A stretch of 52,934 nt of DNA. It comes from Fonticula alba ATCC 38817. Taxonomy: Eukaryota > Protista > Nucleariida. The stretch lies in the NCBI GenBank assembly GCA_000388065.2, contig KB932207.1; one strand, given 5' to 3'. The notes under the pieces are model-generated. The model did no database searches. It saw nothing but the letters and a program-made list of their open reading frames with translations, and had not been told where the DNA came from. The first letter of the stretch is position 1, and every line of letters begins with the position of its first letter. The position numbers were made by a program, and so were the translations under genes. Of the stretch, positions 21,380 through 33,270 are shown one piece after another.

Positions 21380-23001
21380 AGTACGAGGTCCTTGAGGAAG
21401 GGGAGGGGGAGAGATCTGCAAAGGCGGGGGGACAACGAAGCGGGTCTCACCAGTGAGAGGGGAGGAGGGAAGGAGGGAGGGGGGGGGGCCACCGACTGAG
21501 GATCCCGGACCGACCGGGCGGAAGCTTTTCTATGCCCCCGTGCGGCGACGGGCGGGCGCGAGGTGCGGGGCACCGTGGGGCGGCTTGGGAGAGAGCGCGG
21601 GACAGGGAGAAGAAGGTGAGCGGGAGAGCGCAGGCCCGCGCTGGGTCTTGCGCCCTGGGTGAGACTAAACCAATCACAACATTGCACCCACCGGCCCCCG
21701 GACTGACACCTCGACTCCGGGGCATGATGCTTCTCGCATAAGCAGCGCAGGGACAGGGGGGGGGGGGGGGGCTCCTCCTCCGCCCATGGGGCCGGGAATG
21801 AGGGCAGGACCCCGGCTGGGCTCGTCCTCTGTCCCACAGGGCAAGTTATCGTGTCGCCATTCCCCGCGGGCCTTTTCTCCGGCGCGGCCCGCCTGGAAAT
21901 GCCACCCCCAGCTTGCCGGGCCGCGGGATTTCGGTCAACAAAAATAATAAAGCACTGCCCGCCAGACCCGCCGGCAGTGACCGCGCGACCTCATGGCGTG
22001 CGTGTTCACGCGCTTCTACCCTGGTCTGGGGCACCGCGGAGAATTGGACGCCATCCGGCAGACTGCGGCGGGGGGGGGGGGGGGGGGGCGGGGGGGGGGG
22101 GAGCACAAAAAAAAAAGCCCCCAGCCCCCCACCGGGGGCGAAAAAACCCCCCGCTCTGGGGGGGGGGCGCCTGGGCAATGAAGAAAAAACACCCCAAACG
22201 CCGCCCCGGGAGGAGGGGGCCCCCCGGGGGGGGTGCCCCCCCCCCCCCCCCCCGGAGGGCCCCCCCCGCCCCCCCCCCCCCCCCCCCCGGGCGCGCTCCA
22301 CGCGAAAAAGGCGTATCGGGGCCGGACAGTTCTCTGGGAAAGTTCGACGGCTTATCTGGATTTCCACCCGGCAGTCGGAGATGATAGTGAAAATCGCCCG
22401 TGACTTTCGAGGATCACGCCGGGCTGATCTCAGACCGCGCATTATTTCTCTTCGCCCATTTTTTAAATGCCCGTATTATCTGCCTTTCTCGGCGCGGCCT
22501 CGCCCCTCCATCGCCAACTGCCTGGCCAATGAGCCTGCGGGGTCTGGCTCCCCCCTATCAAACGAGGGGACCTGGGAAGGAAGGGCAAAGGGGGGGGGGG
22601 CTTTCTTCCTTGCCCCGTCTCCGCGCTACTGCGTCTGGACACCTCTTGTAGCCGGGAAAAGGAAAATAAAACCCCTGCGCCCACACACGGCTGTTGTGGT
22701 GACCCCCGCACCGCCGATTTGCTCCTTTGATGGTGGGCCGCCCCCGGCCGGCCCCGAGGGCGGTGCCCCTGCTCTCCTGTCGCCCCTGCCGCGCCGCACG
22801 AGCGAAAGGGCGATATGATGTCCTTTTGCATGTGTGTTTGTTCATTTTTGAGTCAGAGATCCCTCATTCAACACCGTACAAGAAAGCATACAGGGAGGGG
22901 GAGAGGGAGGGCCGCTGCACCGCCGGGTCGAAGGTGAGGAAGGCCGGGAGGCTCCCGAAGGAGCGGGTGGGAGAAAAAAAAAGCAAGATGAAGAGTCGAT
23001 C

Positions 23002-23380
23002 TTACTGCTGCTCGACATAGTTGGAGGGGATCAGACCGCGGATCATGGTACGCTCGACGGTGGCGCGCATCCAGCCGTCGGCAAGCTGCTCGGCATCGGA
23101 AACGATATCGCCCTCCATGATGCTAGTCTCGAACTCATCCTGGGCCTCGTAGTCGTACAGGGCGCGGAACTTACCGCCCAGCTTGACGGGCTCAGAGGTA
23201 GGAGCAACATCGTCCTCAGCAGCGGCCTCCTCGACGGTGGCCTCGGCGACAACCTCAGCAGCCTCCTCAACGGCAGGCTCAGCGGCCTCCTCGACGGTCT
23301 CCTCAGCGACCTCCTCGACGGTCTCCTCAGCGACCTCCTCGGCGACCTCCTCGGCGGTCTCCTCGGCGACCTCCTCGACG
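23002..23380 (-). CDS. 3' part of a protein with acidic tandem repeats and a C-terminal SH3 domain of LASP1/nebulin type; 5' part lost in gap 23381-23957
   Basis: KFRALYDYEAQDEFETSIMEGDIVSDAEQLADGWMRATVERTMIRGLIPSNYVEQQ* carries the SH3 motifs ALYDY, GW and PSNY. It is preceded by VEEVAEET-type repeats. Strong codon bias. Confidence 0.8.
23212..23380 (-). repeat. Coding minisatellite (12/24-nt units) encoding (V/A)EE(V/T/A)AEE repeats, running into the gap
   Basis: Repeated ctcctcgacg/ctcctcagcg/ctcctcggcg units on the + strand. Confidence 0.8.
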
Positions 23381-25189
23381 NNNNNNNNNNNNNNNNNNNN
23401 NNNNNNNNNNNNNNNNNNNNNNNNNNNNNNNNNNNNNNNNNNNNNNNNNNNNNNNNNNNNNNNNNNNNNNNNNNNNNNNNNNNNNNNNNNNNNNNNNNNN
23501 NNNNNNNNNNNNNNNNNNNNNNNNNNNNNNNNNNNNNNNNNNNNNNNNNNNNNNNNNNNNNNNNNNNNNNNNNNNNNNNNNNNNNNNNNNNNNNNNNNNN
23601 NNNNNNNNNNNNNNNNNNNNNNNNNNNNNNNNNNNNNNNNNNNNNNNNNNNNNNNNNNNNNNNNNNNNNNNNNNNNNNNNNNNNNNNNNNNNNNNNNNNN
23701 NNNNNNNNNNNNNNNNNNNNNNNNNNNNNNNNNNNNNNNNNNNNNNNNNNNNNNNNNNNNNNNNNNNNNNNNNNNNNNNNNNNNNNNNNNNNNNNNNNNN
23801 NNNNNNNNNNNNNNNNNNNNNNNNNNNNNNNNNNNNNNNNNNNNNNNNNNNNNNNNNNNNNNNNNNNNNNNNNNNNNNNNNNNNNNNNNNNNNNNNNNNN
23901 NNNNNNNNNNNNNNNNNNNNNNNNNNNNNNNNNNNNNNNNNNNNNNNNNNNNNNNNNCCCCCCCCCTCCCCAGCCTCAGAAGGGGGCGTGGGCGCCGCCT
24001 TGACGGCGAGCCCCCAATGCCGAGCCTTCGGCCTCCCCCCGCCATGCAGCCGGACTGGAGGACAGTCTGTGGACCTGGGCCGCGGCCCCTTTCTTGTCGG
24101 TCAATCCTGGGCACTTCCCCCCGCTCACCCCGTATTCCCGTCCTCCACCGACCCCCAAAGTGCGTCTTGGGAATGTGACACGCCTTCCACCTTGGGCCAC
24201 TCTCAGGTACGCGCGATTTACGCGCGGGCACCTGCGCGCCCCCTGAGAGAGGGCAGGCCCAGGGATCAGGGGAAGGGCTCAGGGAGAAGGGCAGACAATA
24301 AAGAAGTGGAATGCCCTCCCCCAGCCACTCGGGGACAGGCCGCCCTGCAAGTCGGCCGGTGTCCTGGGGACAGAGGGGCATGCTGCCGCGCGCGCGCGCG
24401 CGCGCGCGCGCGCGCGCGCAAGAGGAGGAGCGGAGGTCGGGCGCAGGACACGGGCACACACACGGGCGCCGGCCCAATGGGCCTGTTCATTGGAATCGGC
24501 AGGGGCAGCGGGTCCGTCGGCAGGAGCACTCCAGTCTTCTCACGCTACTTTGCCAGGAACGAGAGCCCCTGTAATGCGAGGGCCGAACCCCTGTCAAGGC
24601 CGTGCCAACGGTCCCGCGGCTCGTCTCCCGGCCATCTTGACCACTCGCGCCCGCTCCCCGCACTTGTGCCTGGGCGTGTGTGTGTGTGTGTGTCTGTGTG
24701 TGTCTGTGTGTGTCTGTGTACATGCATGTGTGCGTGTGCATGTGTGTTTGTGTATTGTGCGCGCGTGTATGGCCAGGGGGAGAAGACAAACAAACCGACA
24801 GCCGTGTGGACAGAGGGGGGGGGGAAGCGCCGCATGTGCGGTGGCATGTGCGAAGGGGGGACAAATTGCATTTTCCCCGCGTGCAGAACCAAATGGCAGC
24901 ACCAGACCTGGCCCGAGAACTGGGGCCGGGCTTCGTGCAAGACAAGGGGAAGCAACCATCACCGGCTCTGTTCTTGGAACATGTGGGCAAGGTCGGCGGG
25001 CTGCGAGCCGGCACGGTCGCGCCGACTAAAAAAAAAAGCGATCCCGGCGGCGGTTGGTCAGTTTGGGCAGAGCACGTACGGTCAGAAGCAGCAGGGGAGG
25101 AGAGGGGAGGGGAGGGGAGGGGGGAGAGACAGGAGGAGACATAGTGAAGGGAGCGGGGGGCCCCTGCCCGGGGCCCATTGGCAGAGGAC

Positions 25190-28100
25190 GAACCTTCGCG
25201 GTGTGCCGGTCATCAGCTGCCAGGACTCCCGGATGTGCGAGGTGCTGCGCGACCGCATGCTGCGATGGAGGCGTGTCGAGGTGGTGCAGTGGTCAGCGAC
25301 AGGGGTGCATCAGGGGAGTGGACAGGGCAGCAAACGAAGCAGGCCAGGCGCTCGGGGCCAGGGGGGCAGGCAGGAGGCGGACACACGGGCACATGCCACC
25401 TTCGAACGTACGATCCATTGTCGCCGGGGGTGCGCAGGCGCTGGTGCTGTTTCGGCGCGGCAGACGGGGTCCCTCCAGGGCCGCTGGTGCGCTTCCTGCT
25501 GGGCGTCATGGCGCTGGCCGGCACCCCGGCATCGGGCCGCGCGTAGGAGTTGCTTATCCCCTCCAAGATGGCCGACGTGGTGTAGGGCTGCCCGGCCAGG
25601 ACACCGGCCCCGGCGCCGGCGTGGGAGTTGGGCTTCAAGGAGGGATACCCGGAGCCATGGTGGGAATAGCCACCCGGGGCGCCACCGTCGTATGGCCCGC
25701 CGGAGGGGGGCCGCTGCTCGGTGGCCGAGTCGGGCCCCGGCGCACCGGCATATTCGCCAGCCGGCGGCGAGATCGACAAGCGAGGGAGCCCCACACCCAT
25801 GCCAGGTCCCGGAGGGCTGGCAGTGGTCAGCGATCCAGACGCGGCGCTCTCGCCGAGGGAGGTCCGACTGTCGGCGCGTCCGGCATCGCCGATGCCAGGG
25901 GCGGCATCTCCCGAGTGAGACACCTGTGAAGGGTGCGCAACTGGGCTGGGGCCCGGTGGCGGCAAGTCGCCAACTGGTGTTGATGAGCCGACAGGCCGAG
26001 CCAGTGGCCCGAGACTGGACACACTGCGCATAACGTCAACCAATTGCTGGAGGGGATGTGTGTGTGTGTGTGTGCGTGTATATGAAAAAGGCAGGTCAGT
26101 GGGCCGCCAGGGAGGATGGGGAAGGGGCGACAAAAAAAAGGACTGTTCAAGAACGAAGGAAAAGAAAACAGAAGAGAAGGCACAAGGGGAAGACACGCAC
26201 CGCAAGCTGCTCCATGTGGTTTCCGTAGGACTGGATCAGGGGATTGGTCGAGAAGGTGTGTGAAGCGACTCCAGCCGGTATGGAGGCATTGCTGGTGCGC
26301 GGGGTCGACGCCGCCGGACCAGGGGGAGGCCCATGAGAGACGGACATGCGCGACACACCGGCCGGCGATACCCCGCGTGCGATGCTCAGCGAGCTCGCCT
26401 GGCGCCGGTGTCCTGGCACGAAGGCGGCGGCGGCCGCCGCCGCAACGGCCGCCACGCTGCCCGGCACGGTCAGTCCCGAAGGCGAAGGAGTCATGGCCGG
26501 GGCCGGGGCTGGTGCCGGGGTGGCATGCTGCATGTGAAGGCCACTCGATGCGGCGCCCCCGGCGCCGGGAATGGTGGCACCAAACTGCGGGGAGGACCCG
26601 CCACTTGCCAGTGACAGTGCCGCCATCGGCGAATGGATGACCGGCACCCCGGGGTCCGCCAGATGCGGAGCCGCCAAACCGGGCGCCGGAGCGTGGCCAA
26701 GCCCATGGCCGGCATCCAGCGTGTGCAGCAGCGATCCGGTGAGCGGGATCTCGGAGGAAAACTGCATGGACATGGACAACGGCGGTTCGAAGGTGCACTG
26801 GGTCAAGTCGTCGAAGTGCTCGTGGAAGGTTTGGTGCTTTGGCCAGCGCGATGGGCCGTGGCATGTCAGCGACCTGGGACATGAGCGCAGCAAGGCCTCA
26901 GCTGTCTCTCCCCCTCCCCCCGCCCCGCCCCCCCCCCTTCTAAAGGCACATCAAGCCAGGAGCGCCGATGGAGGGACATCATGACATACCAGCAGCTCGG
27001 CACGCTGGTCGATCAAGGAACGCAGACGCTGAAGGACCTGGATCTCCTGCGTCAAGTACATGGTCAGATGACAGGCGTGCATGGTCGGCAGGCAATTGAG
27101 CGACTCGATCTCATGTCGTGCGGGTGACAGGGTGTAGTCCTGTCGGAAGGAAGGAGGGGTCAGCTTCGAGGGGACCTCAGGGAGAGGGAGGGCGGCACAG
27201 GAAAAAAGGCGGAGGAGAGAAGGTGCCCAAAGAAAAGGGGAGGGGGGGGGGGCGGTGGAGAAAAGCAGCGACCAAGAAATGGACAAAGAAAAGCATGGGC
27301 GAAGGGCTCGCACGTAGTTGATCGGAATGGAGGCGCTGTTGGCGCCCAGGTCCACCAGGCAATTGTCCAGGGCCGAGAGGTTGGTGATGGAGGCCGGGAT
27401 CTCGCGCAGGGGGTTGTTGGCCAGGCGGAGGAGCTTCATTTGGCGCATCTGACCGATTTCCTGGGGGATGGTATGCAAGCGGTTGCCCTGGAGCGCGAGA
27501 GTGACCAGGTTTTCCGCATGGGCAAGCAGCACCGCCGGGTGGATCTTGGTGATGCTGTTGCTGATGAGGAACAGGTGCGTCAGCGTCGGCGCCAGCGGCT
27601 GCTTGATCTCGCTGATGCAGTTGTAGCTCAAATCCAGCCGGACCACCACCTCCAGGTGCTTGAGGGCGTTGAAGCAGGAGTTTTGCAGGTAGTTCCCGGA
27701 GAGATCCAGAATCTGCAGCGACCGGGCCATGGACTTCATCATACGGATGGGGATGGTCTGGCGCGGCAGGCGGCAGTCGGGGAGGAAAGATGGGTGGGGA
27801 AGAGAGAGAGAGAGAGAGAGAAAGAGAAAAGCAGGGAGTTGTCTCGGTGTCAGCGACCAGGCAGGGGCAGGGGAATCGGCCAGCAATGCCCCATGTACCT
27901 TGAGCAGGTTGGTCGAGAGGTGAAGAGACCGGAGGCGCTGCAGCCGCCGGAAAGTTAGGGGGATTTTTTGGATGCGATTTCCACTGAGCTTGAGATCTAT
28001 CGCCCCGAGAGCGGTTGACAGAGTTAGTGTTGGCGCGGGGTGGGGGTGAGGGAGAGCCGGAGAGGAGGGAAGGGAACAGAGGAGCACACGAAACCGAGGC

Positions 28101-29093
28101 CATGGCGTACAAATGAGATTTGGGAAGCGCGAGGGCAGGGAGTCGTGGATCTCGCTGATGTTGTTAAACCCGAGGTTTAGGTAGGTCAAGGACGGCATGT
28201 AGGCCCACTGGTCGGGAAGCTCTGTGCTCGTGGAGAGAGGGAGAGGGAAAGGGGGAAGTCGGGTCAGACGATGCAGAGGAAAGGGCGGTGCAGGGCGGCT
28301 GGTCGGTGCGCACTCTTCAGGACGTTGTTATTCAGGCACAGGCGCTCCAGGCGCGGCATGCCGAGGAACATGTTCTGCGGCAGGGAGACGATGTCATTGT
28401 CCTGAAGCTCAAGGGTCGTCAGACGGGCCATGCTGTTGGGGACCGGGAGGAAGGGCAATCGTTGTGGGGGGGTATTTTCATCAGGTCAGAGGGGCGATCG
28501 GCCAGCCGGGAAAAAAAAAAAAAAAAAGGGAGGCTCCCCCGCCCCCCCACTGACAGCGGGCCCAGCGGGGGCACACAAAAAGGGGAGAGGAAAGGGGCAT
28601 GTCCAGGAATGTCAGCAAGACGCACTGCTCGAAGATCGGCGGCACGATGGAGATGAGGTTGTTGGCGAAGCTCATGTGAATCATGTTGTGCAGGTTGACG
28701 AATTCCGGGGGGATGGACTCAATCTTGTTGTTCTCGGCCCGAAGCACGATCAGGGACTTGCACGAGCCAATCGATGAGGGGAGCTGCTTCAGCTGGTTGG
28801 AGGCCAGGTACAGCTGATTCAGGTGCGGCATGTACTGGCCAAAGTCGGGCGGCAGGTCGGCCAGGGCATTGTTGACCACCGACAGGATGGTCAAGCACTC
28901 GAGCCGAGCCAACGTCGGGGGGAGATGCACCATGAAGTTATTGTAGAGATACAGCTCCTCCAGCGAGGTGAGGCGGTTGATCTCGTGGGTCAGGGACTGG
29001 ATGAAGTTGTCGCCGAGGTTGAGGCGGCGAAGCTGTGTCAGCCGGCGTAGGCCGACCGGCAGGTCCTTCAGCTATTGCGCCACGAGCAGCAGG

Positions 29094-29141
<48 letters not shown>

Positions 29142-30737
29142 GGGGGGGGGAGAGTCAGAGGGGGAAAGAAAAGCCACGGGCCCAGGGCGAACGGGCACGC
29201 CCTGCCCGCATCGGGTGCCCGAGGGAAACACGCTCTGGAGTCCACCTGGACGCGCCCCGCCCCTTCCCCCTCAACGCACCCGGTTGTTGTTCAATTCCAC
29301 GCGCCGGAGCCGGGTCAGCCGGTCGGCCGACCGGGGAAGATCCTGCAGCAGGTTGTCCCCGAGGAATAGATCCTTCAGGGCGGTCATCTTGCCGATGATG
29401 TGCGGCAGCTCGACCAGCGCATTGGAGGAGAGGTCCAACGCGCCACGATGGGTCTGCACCAGATCCACCAGCTCGTGCCACGGGAAATTCGGTCCCGATG
29501 CCAGGCCCCTGGGCCAGGAGGGCTCCCCGCCAGTGGACAGGGCGTCGACCGCATGGGGCGGCCCGGCGCCAGCACTGCCGGTGTCCGGGTGCTGGGCGCC
29601 GGTGGCATCGCCATGGCGCCCGGGCGAGGCGCCGGACGTCGACCGACTGTGAAGCAAGCGCGACATGTGCCCCGAGCCGGCGGCGCCAGACAGGGCGGCC
29701 GTCGACCCGCCCTTGGTGCTGGCCGATGCCGACAGGTTGCTATCCACAGACGGAGAGTGGGGCAGGATGCCGGGGCCGGGGCCGGCCGCCCCGGGCCCGC
29801 CGGCCGGGACACGATCGGCATCCGGATGGTCGGCCAGGGGACCGCGCTCGCCCGGGGGGCCGGCGGTGCCCGGAGCCGTCGGACTGGCAAGCGACCCTCC
29901 GGGCCACATGTTGCCCGTTGCCCCGGAGGAAGGGGGGCCCCGGACCGTGGCCGCACGACGGATGCGTGCCTGCTGGATGAGGGCCTGCTGCTCGCGGTGC
30001 TGCCCGAGCAGCACCATCGGATCACTCGGAAGCGCCGGGTCCGTTTCGTTGCATGCTACCACCGACGAGGCGGCGGCCAGCATGGCGCGCTGCTGCTCCG
30101 GCGTCTGGCTGAAGTAGTGCTGGAAGCGCGGGTCTGAAGGAGCCGGCGGGCCGGTGGAGGGATGCTGCGGCCCGAGAGCCGGACTGCCGGCCAAGCTGAC
30201 CGATCGCCGGGTTCCGAGGTCCTCGCGACCGGCCACCGGCGCCGGTGGCGATCGCATGGACGGAAACAGCGAGTCCATTTGCAGGGGCTCCTCCGGCAGC
30301 CGGCGATACGTTGGACGCGGCCCGAGCAGCAGCGCGTCCGCCGCCTGGATGGAGCCGCGTCGGGCTGTCGGATTGCCCGGGCCACCGAGGGAGTCCTCGG
30401 CGCCCGAGCCTCCGACAAAGGGAAGCGACTCCACCGAGTTACTGCCATTGACGTGGGTGTCATCATCATCGTCCTCATCGTCCTCATCGTCCTCGTCATC
30501 ATCATCGTCCTCATTGTCCCGATTGGCCCCGTCCCGGTTGGCCTTGGGCCGGCGCGAGCGTCCGACATTCGGCTGCGTCGGCGGCCAGAAGGGGGCCGCC
30601 GAGGCAGAAGCCGCGATATAGCTCCGGCGCTTGGGGTCGGCCGCGAGGGTTGTCCCGTGTGGGGCGTTGGTTGGCCCAACTGGCAAGGAGCCCGCCGCGT
30701 GGGATCCGGCGATGGGGCCCGGGGGCCATCGGCCATG
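25190..30737 (-). CDS. Large leucine-rich-repeat protein; exons 30737..29280, 29071..28626, 28432..28314, 28221..28111, 27996..27899, 27757..27314, 27139..26990, ~26896..26201, 26046..25412, 25259..?; start and stop not resolved
   Basis: Many LxxLxLxxNxL repeats (LDLSSNALVELP, LFLGDNLLQDLP, LNLGDNFIQSL, LYLASNQLKQLP, LELQDNDIVSLP, LKLSGNRIQKIP, LALQGNRLHTIP, LRLANNPLREIP) across phase-consistent introns, flanked by long low-complexity regions. Confidence 0.8.
29086..29140. repeat. (CAG)n trinucleotide run inside an LRR-gene intron
   Basis: gcagcagcag... lies within the minus-strand intron 29279-29072. Confidence 0.85.
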
Positions 30738-32494
30738 CTGAAAAGGTCGAGAGGAGGGGTAGCGAGGGCAGACGGCCTGCGAGGGAGGGAAGGCGGGGGA
30801 GGGGGAGGGGCAAGGGGCTCGGAGCCGCCACTGACCGCGATCTGCACCCGAGTCACGAGGGGGGGTCAAGTAGCGAGGAGGAGGAGCAGCAGCAGGAGGA
30901 GGCTGCCAAACGGAGGGTCCCCCGGGAAGCGGGCTGTGGCCGGGACGCGGAGCGGGGGGGGGGGGGAGAGGAAGGAAGAGAAAAAGAGCGAGAGGGAGAG
31001 GAGCGGGTTTGGTTGGCCGGGCCCGAGAGACGCGAGCGCCGGCCGGGTCGATCTTGAATGCCACGCGCAGGATTCGACCGAGTCAGGTCCATGCGCCTGT
31101 GCAGGCACAAGCCCCCAGGCCCGCATGCACTTCGCACCAGGGGTCAACACCATCCGCGGCCGGTCGAGGGGCTCTCTGCATGTGTGCATCGGTGCATGAG
31201 TGTGTGTGTGTGTGTGTGTGTGCGCGCGTCGGAGGGGGGGTGATGTCTGAACACGGCAATAGCCGGGCCATCTCAATGCTGGGGATTGGCTGCACTCGCG
31301 GGAACGGCCGAGACCCACATTCTCGACCTCCTTCCCTCGGGGGCGCCTGAGCCCCCCCCCCCCCCGCGCAGGGCCTTTCTCCCTGCGGCGAAACAGGCCT
31401 TGCTGGGTTACTTGCAGGCGGAGGGCTGGAAAAAAGGGTGGAATGAAGGGGCTCTTTAATCGACATCCGATACCGTGATCAGCGCCCAGCAATTTTCGGC
31501 TTGGGATTTTTCCGCAACTGTCGCCGGCGTGGGAGCCGGCCTCCGTCGCCACACTAGTTGGCCGCGCACGCGGCGCGGTCGCCTCTCCTCTCTGTCTCCC
31601 TCCTTCTCGGGTACGGCCGTCTCGCTTTGGCTTTCTCTTTGCTCCCTCCCTCCCTCCCCCCCTCCCTCCTTGCTGCCTTCCTCTCCCTCCTGCCTTCCTC
31701 TCCTTTCTTCCCACTTCCCCTTCCTGTCTTCGTCTCCTTCCTTCCCACTTCCCCTTCCCACTTTCCCCTCCTGCCTCCCTCTTCCAACCCCTCCGCGTGA
31801 TGACTGTTCTGGTAGTCGGACGCGCGTGGTGCATCGACCGGTGCTTCACGCGCGGAAGAGCGCCGCCTAGGGGCAGAGGCTTGGTCCTCGTGTGTGGCGA
31901 TGGTCTTGCCCATTCATCCTTGGCCAGCGTGTGTGTGGGCCGGCCCTGACCCAGGTGGTCGGGCTGGCCCCTTGGCGGCTTGCTGATGACCAGGTCGAAC
32001 CGTCGCCCCGCGCGAGCATCCTGCCCTCGCCCTCGAGAAGGCAGCCGCAATGACGACCAAAAGGCGAGTCTGACCGGAGACCCCCGTCCCTCTCTAGCCA
32101 CCAGGCCCGACTCCCACAAGACACTGACAAGAAGCCTTCCCTCAACCTCCCCCACTCCCCGCGATCCATCCCCCGCCCCCCCCCCCCCCCCCCCCCAAGC
32201 TGGGACATTTGTGCCGGCAGCTGGCCGCCCCGAGGGGACAGTCGCATCCGGCTTCGCCGCCGGCTCTCGCGTCCCCTGCTTCTGGGGGTCCCTCCGCCCC
32301 CCACCTCATCCCCTTGTTGTTCAAGAAGTGAATTCCAGCATGCCGTCCTTCGGAATTGAGGGTTTGTATTGAGCAAGGCACGAAGAGGCTCAGACCGCGG
32401 GGAGGGAAGCGCAGAGGGAGACAAAGAAAGAGAGATGGAAGGAGGGAGGAAGGGGGGCGCATCAAACACATGGACTGCCATTTGCCCCGCTGCT

Positions 32495-33270
32495 CTACTG
32501 CTGCTGCGGCTGGTGCGGCTGCTCGGCGACCGGCTGCAGTTGCCCCATCTGCTGGTGCGACTCGCCAGGGGGGAGGAGCACAAGCGGCTTGGCCCACGGC
32601 AGAAGCGAGTGGTACACCCGCTCGGGCGCATGATCGGAGATCCAGAAATCGTCGCCCGCCTGAATTCCACGAGCAAATAGGTCCCCGTCGAACACCGGGG
32701 GAAAGAGACACCGCCGGTTAGGAGGGCAGCGAGTGGGGGAAGAGAGGGGCTGCGAGGGGCAGGGCCGAGACACGCCCTCGAATCTCGGCCCGGGGCGAGG
32801 CGTGGAGGACGTACGAGGATTCGGTCGGCCTCATCGCGGATTCGATCGAGCTTGGTCCCGTACGCCATGTCGTACTGGTAGGCCATCATGAAGGGCATGA
32901 CAAAGAGCGGCGCAAGGAGCGGCTTCGGGACATAGCCAAGGCGGATGCGAGCAATGGTCACACCACTAGCCAGAAGAACTGCGGGGGGGGGGGGGGCGGG
33001 CATGGGCGTGAGAGTGTCAGAGGGCATGCAGCAAGCGGGCCGCCCGGCCGAGGCTGGCAATCAGGAGACAGGCATGGAGGGAGAGGAGGCGGACGTACGC
33101 CAAAAGCCACCCTGCCAGTGCATCATCTCCCGGGTCTGGGCAATGCGCGAGGCAATCTGACGACGGATTTGCCGCTCCATGTGTGCGCGCTGCTCGGCCA
33201 TCACAGCACGCTGCCTGTCGGCCATGCTCTGTGCGGCCGAATCCGACAGTCGGGAGATGTATGAACCCAT
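32495..33270 (-). CDS. PLGRKT: Plasminogen receptor (KT)-like small membrane protein; model join(33270..33099,32978..32815,32659..32495), 166 aa
   Basis: MGSYISR...HMERQIRRQIASRIAQTREMMHWQGGFW-LLLASGVTIARIRLGYVPKPLLAPLFVMPFMMAYQYDMAYGTKLDRIRDEADRIL parallels the animal PLGRKT pattern as I recall it (RQMAMQIAWSRE...YQYDLGYGTLLERMKGEAEDIL). Introns are phase-consistent. Confidence 0.8.

Noticed and set aside
21846-22450. ORFs in the G/C/A homopolymer-rich stretch
   Set aside because: This looks like low-quality sequence with inflated homopolymers. The translations are only poly-P/G/K.
29075-29398. Apparent polyglutamine ORF (MRHEQQEQQQQ...)
   Set aside because: The CAG run lies inside an intron of the minus-strand LRR gene.
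19605-33270. Functional link between the CPB-like peptidase (removes C-terminal Lys) and PLGRKT
   Set aside because: The genes are about 11 kb apart with unrelated genes between them, this PLGRKT has no C-terminal Lys, and no plasminogen system is expected.
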